DNA from: an archaeon
Lineage (GTDB): Archaea > Nanobdellota > Nanobdellia > Woesearchaeales > UBA9642
Assembly: GCA_043806035.1 (NCBI GenBank)
Contig: JAZDHK010000023.1
Location: 29,659 to 93,658 of the forward strand
Direction: 5' to 3'
Length of the DNA: 64,000 nucleotides
Both the position numbers and the translations under genes were made by a program. Below are positions 60,875-64,000 of this stretch, in pieces. How positions within the stretch are numbered: position 1 is the first letter of the stretch; every line of letters starts with the position of its first letter. Under the pieces are notes generated by a model. It made no database searches. It worked only from the letters and a program-made list of their open reading frames with translations, and was not told where the DNA came from.

Positions 60875-61047
60875 ATTATGGAAGAGGCTGGCTGACTATA
60901 TGAATATTAGTATATATTTGTTACTCGTGAATGAACATGAACGAGATTTGAATATTGAAACCATTTACGTATGTGCTTTGGTGAGTGACGCTCTTGATCG
61001 TAATCTGTTTTCGATTAGTATTTAAAGATAAGATTCACTCTTGCAGT

Positions 61048-61575
61048 ATGATCATCACTCTCGGTGGCCAGATGGGCAGCGGCAAAAGCACTGTCGCTGA
61101 GATTCTCGCAAAGCAATTGCACTACAAGCGCTATTCCATGGGGGAGTTGCGCAGGAAGATGGCATTGGCGAGAGGCATGACGCTCGAGGAATTCAACAAG
61201 CTGGGAGAGAAAGAGTCGTTCACGGACAAGGACGTTGATGAGTATCAGAAAGAGCTTGGCGAGAAGGAAGATGATTTCATCGTCGACGGCAGGCTGAGCT
61301 TCTTCTTCATTCCCCTATCGTTCAAAGTGTTTCTCACTGTTGATCCGGACGTTGGAGCTGCACGCTTGCTCGGCAGACCTAAAAAAGAAGAGCAGTATGC
61401 TACTGTCGAAGAGGCGAAAGCTGCCCTGGAACGCCGGATGAAATCAGACAAGAAACGCTATTTCATGTATTATGGCGTTGACTGCTATGATCCGAAGCAG
61501 TTCGACCTGGCCATTGACACGACGCACTTGGCTCCTGAACGGGTAGCAAAGGAGATTCTGGATCGGTTGCCCTGA
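61048..61575 (+). CDS. cmk: Cytidylate kinase (archaeal type)
   Basis: GQMGSGKST, DGRLS, D.KRY...YG.D, IDTT. Confidence 0.92.
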   Translation: MIITLGGQMGSGKSTVAEILAKQLHYKRYSMGELRRKMALARGMTLEEFNKLGEKESFTDKDVDEYQKELGEKEDDFIVDGRLSFFFIPLSFKVFLTVDPDVGAARLLGRPKKEEQYATVEEAKAALERRMKSDKKRYFMYYGVDCYDPKQFDLAIDTTHLAPERVAKEILDRLP

Positions 61576-61711
61576 CACAAGCAATTTTGTGTTCACTATG
61601 AAGTAAATACTATATAGGAAGGTTTAAATAACCAGGGGCATTTCTGTAACCATCAGATCATATCATATTATGTGGGCCACGAACAGTGGATCATGGTGTG
61701 CAGGTGATGTA

Positions 61712-61861
61712 ATGAAGAAGCAGACCAGCATCACGGTCGAGGAGAACGTGCTGCTCAAAATCCAGGAAACACTCAAGAAAGGATCATTCCGTAATCAGAG
61801 CCATTTCTTCGAATTCGCAGCACGGAAACTCTTGGAGAAGAATCATGACGCTCATGTATGA
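61712..61861 (+). CDS. Ribbon-helix-helix protein, 49 aa
   Basis: MKKQTSITVEENVL...FRNQSHFFEFAARKLL; SD AGGTGA; paralogue of 24753. Confidence 0.82.
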   Translation: MKKQTSITVEENVLLKIQETLKKGSFRNQSHFFEFAARKLLEKNHDAHV

Positions 61862-63200
61862 AGACATCCAGTTGGGAGAACGACTTACGCAGCAGTATCT
61901 AAAGAAACAACCATTGGATGTCGGGCATCCGACGTATCTCAACACGAGACCGTTCTTTGCCAACCTCAACGTTACTGATGCGGTCATGGCAGCAGTATTG
62001 GGCAAGCTCAACATCCTTCTCGTAGGTGATACGGGCAAAGGAAAGACGCAATTGGCATCGGACATTTACAACTACCTGTTCAACGGCAACATGAAGGAAC
62101 AGGGCAGTGGTGTCTGGATGAAAGGCAGACCCGACCTCGAGGTATACACGGAAATCTTCACCGAAATCAATATTGACAAAGCACGCCGTGACCTAACAGA
62201 GAAAATAGAGGCCATGATCTATGTCGTTGACGAACTCAACAGATGCCCGTCAGCAACGCAGAACCAGTTCTTTGGCATGGGCGACGGTACGATGGACTAC
62301 AACGGCAGAACAATCAGCCTCGGCAGAGACGGCTATGCCATCTGCATTGGAACGGCAAACATCGGCAATGGCGAATTCAAGGGAACGTTCGACACGGACA
62401 AGGCCTTATACGGCAGAATGCACGTCGCTTTTGATTTTGACCATAACAATTTCAAGCCAACGAGGGAAGATAGCATGATCATTGACGCTCTCCACGAGGC
62501 AGATCCCCGCGTCAAACAATCCAAAAAACGAGATCAAACAGCTGATGTGCTGGCTGCGTACGCTGCAATCAAAGAACTCGCTGCTCATCCCTCCCTGGAA
62601 ATGCTTGCGGCCATTAACTACATCCGGTTTGGGCTGGACAACTGCAGGAAAGAGGCAGGCGCAAAGGAGAAGAATTGGCCGGGTGCGTGCCAGGACTGCG
62701 ACCACAATAAGGACGGAAGAGCGCTCTGTTCGTACATCAATACACCGGTCATTAGAACCACAAAAGCCATACGATTGTATTCTGCCGCCCTGCAATTCGT
62801 TGCAGAACTCAAAGACCCCAAAGTAGAAATGGACACTACCGATCTTGTCTTCAAAGTCTTCGAGGTAACGGGAGCATATCAGGAACTGCTCAATCCCCTC
62901 TTGCTGCGACAGAACTTCAACGGCCACAATCCGAAGATGATGAAAGAAGTCGTTGAAAAACTCAAAGTGGACTATATGAGTGTCAAGGACTACATCCTCG
63001 CAGCACTGTACGAGGCGCAGCAAGGCAATCGTGTCACGAGATTCTTCAAAAAAGGGGACACCCTTGGCAGTTACGATGACTTATCCGATGAGAAAAAACC
63101 ATCTTTCACGAAAGAAGAGCCCTTCACTGACGCAACAAAGACAGGCATTGGTATGCAGTGGGTTGTCGACCAGGTCGAGCTTATCATCAAGGCGAGGTGA
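61845..63200 (+). CDS. MoxR-like AAA+ ATPase with Cys-rich insertion
   Basis: GDTGKGKT, VVDELNRCP..TQN, GTAN, DKALYGR; Cys cluster C..CQDC..C. Confidence 0.8.
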   Translation: MTLMYEDIQLGERLTQQYLKKQPLDVGHPTYLNTRPFFANLNVTDAVMAAVLGKLNILLVGDTGKGKTQLASDIYNYLFNGNMKEQGSGVWMKGRPDLEVYTEIFTEINIDKARRDLTEKIEAMIYVVDELNRCPSATQNQFFGMGDGTMDYNGRTISLGRDGYAICIGTANIGNGEFKGTFDTDKALYGRMHVAFDFDHNNFKPTREDSMIIDALHEADPRVKQSKKRDQTADVLAAYAAIKELAAHPSLEMLAAINYIRFGLDNCRKEAGAKEKNWPGACQDCDHNKDGRALCSYINTPVIRTTKAIRLYSAALQFVAELKDPKVEMDTTDLVFKVFEVTGAYQELLNPLLLRQNFNGHNPKMMKEVVEKLKVDYMSVKDYILAALYEAQQGNRVTRFFKKGDTLGSYDDLSDEKKPSFTKEEPFTDATKTGIGMQWVVDQVELIIKAR

Positions 63201-63204
63201 GCAC

Positions 63205-63948
63205 ATGCTAAAGCCAAATAAACTCAAGTACGATCCCAACCTTGCCGAGAAGATCAACGCAACAGGAAAGAAACCAGGGTCGATGCAGACGCTCACTATC
63301 GATGTTGCGCTCGTGCATAACGATGACTGGCAACCCCTCGATTCGGGCATAGTCGTCGGCATAAAGGATGTCGGGAAAAGCCGCTTCACCTACTATCCGA
63401 TAGATGCCAGGAAGAAAAAAATATACGAAGACAAGGTCGACCAGTGGAGCGCCTACAACAATGGCATACTCTTGCGTTCAGGCAGCACGTTCACCTTCTG
63501 TACGGTGTCTGGCGAGCATACGGTGATAACACCAGCGTCAGGAGATGGGTGGAGGGCATACGGCGGGCAGATTTATGTCCGCAGAGGCGATGCGAGCAAA
63601 AGCACATTCCTTCTCAGCGATGAGAATGGTGCTGAGAACGAGATTTGCATTGCCGCATATGATGACTGGAACGCGACCAAGGATGGCATCATCATCCGCA
63701 AGGAAGACAACTTCTCTTTGCACACGCTCGATGGAAAAGTGGCCGAGCTCTATTCAGGCCCTGCACAGCATTGGAACGCCTGCATCCGTGGCATCATCGT
63801 GCAGAACGGCGACGAGAAAGAGAGCACGGTCAGCTACGCTCCTGCTAATGCCGAGATCTACAAAGGACCAGTCCTGCGCTGGTACGCCTCGCCGAGAAAA
63901 CTCTTCGTGCAGTTGACTGAGAAGGACTTCAAGGTGATTACGCTATGA
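63205..63948 (+). CDS. Repeat protein, probable six-bladed beta-propeller
   Basis: Six W.A...G(I/L)-type repeats; N-terminal KYDPNLA. Confidence 0.6.
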   Translation: MLKPNKLKYDPNLAEKINATGKKPGSMQTLTIDVALVHNDDWQPLDSGIVVGIKDVGKSRFTYYPIDARKKKIYEDKVDQWSAYNNGILLRSGSTFTFCTVSGEHTVITPASGDGWRAYGGQIYVRRGDASKSTFLLSDENGAENEICIAAYDDWNATKDGIIIRKEDNFSLHTLDGKVAELYSGPAQHWNACIRGIIVQNGDEKESTVSYAPANAEIYKGPVLRWYASPRKLFVQLTEKDFKVITL

Positions 63949-64000
63949 ACGAGATACACCTCCTGTCCAAGACACCAGGAAAGTATGATCCTGATTTGGC
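63945..64000 (+). CDS. Partial ORF (runs off the window) with N-terminal KYDPDLA
   Basis: ATGA-coupled; translates MNEIHLLSKTPGKYDPDLA. Confidence 0.6.
   Translation, partial: MNEIHLLSKTPGKYDPDL

Noticed and set aside
62980-63204. N-terminal extension of the propeller ORF
   Set aside because: It overlaps the AAA+ gene; SD GAGGTGA precedes ATG 63205.

Overview
This is a gene-dense archaeal chromosome segment, most likely from a DPANN archaeon of the Woesearchaeota type (inference from the archaeal information genes, GyrB, AbrB-PhoU regulator paralogues and many short orphan genes). Housekeeping genes include ileS, trpS, tfb, aIF5B, aEF-1beta, trm1, topA, gyrB, rps3ae, tRNA-Pro(UGG), a rpl37ae-rpoP-pcc1-pfdB block, a Pop5-psmA-SBDS-rrp4-rrp41-rrp42-rpoK block and an AmmeMemoRadiSam cluster. 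Signals the ORF track does not explain: (1) two copies of a 123-bp MITE with 12-bp TIRs and 9-bp TSDs; (2) a near-identical palindrome at both the topA and gyrB promoters, on opposite sides of the TATA box; (3) a recurrent ACT-N4-AGT-type palindrome just upstream of the BRE/TATA of about seven scattered accessory genes, two of them led by paralogous small RHH proteins; (4) an RHH + MoxR-like AAA+ operon whose next two genes share an N-terminal KYDPxLA motif; (5) an RHH + GHKL-ATPase/HExxH-peptidase module; (6) a 30-nt T-loop (59/60) tRNA intron; (7) an IleRS with ALHH in place of HIGH; (8) an unexplained structured element of about 125 nt after rpoK. No CRISPR array, rRNA or transposase was recognised. 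All calls come from reading the sequence; no searches were run.
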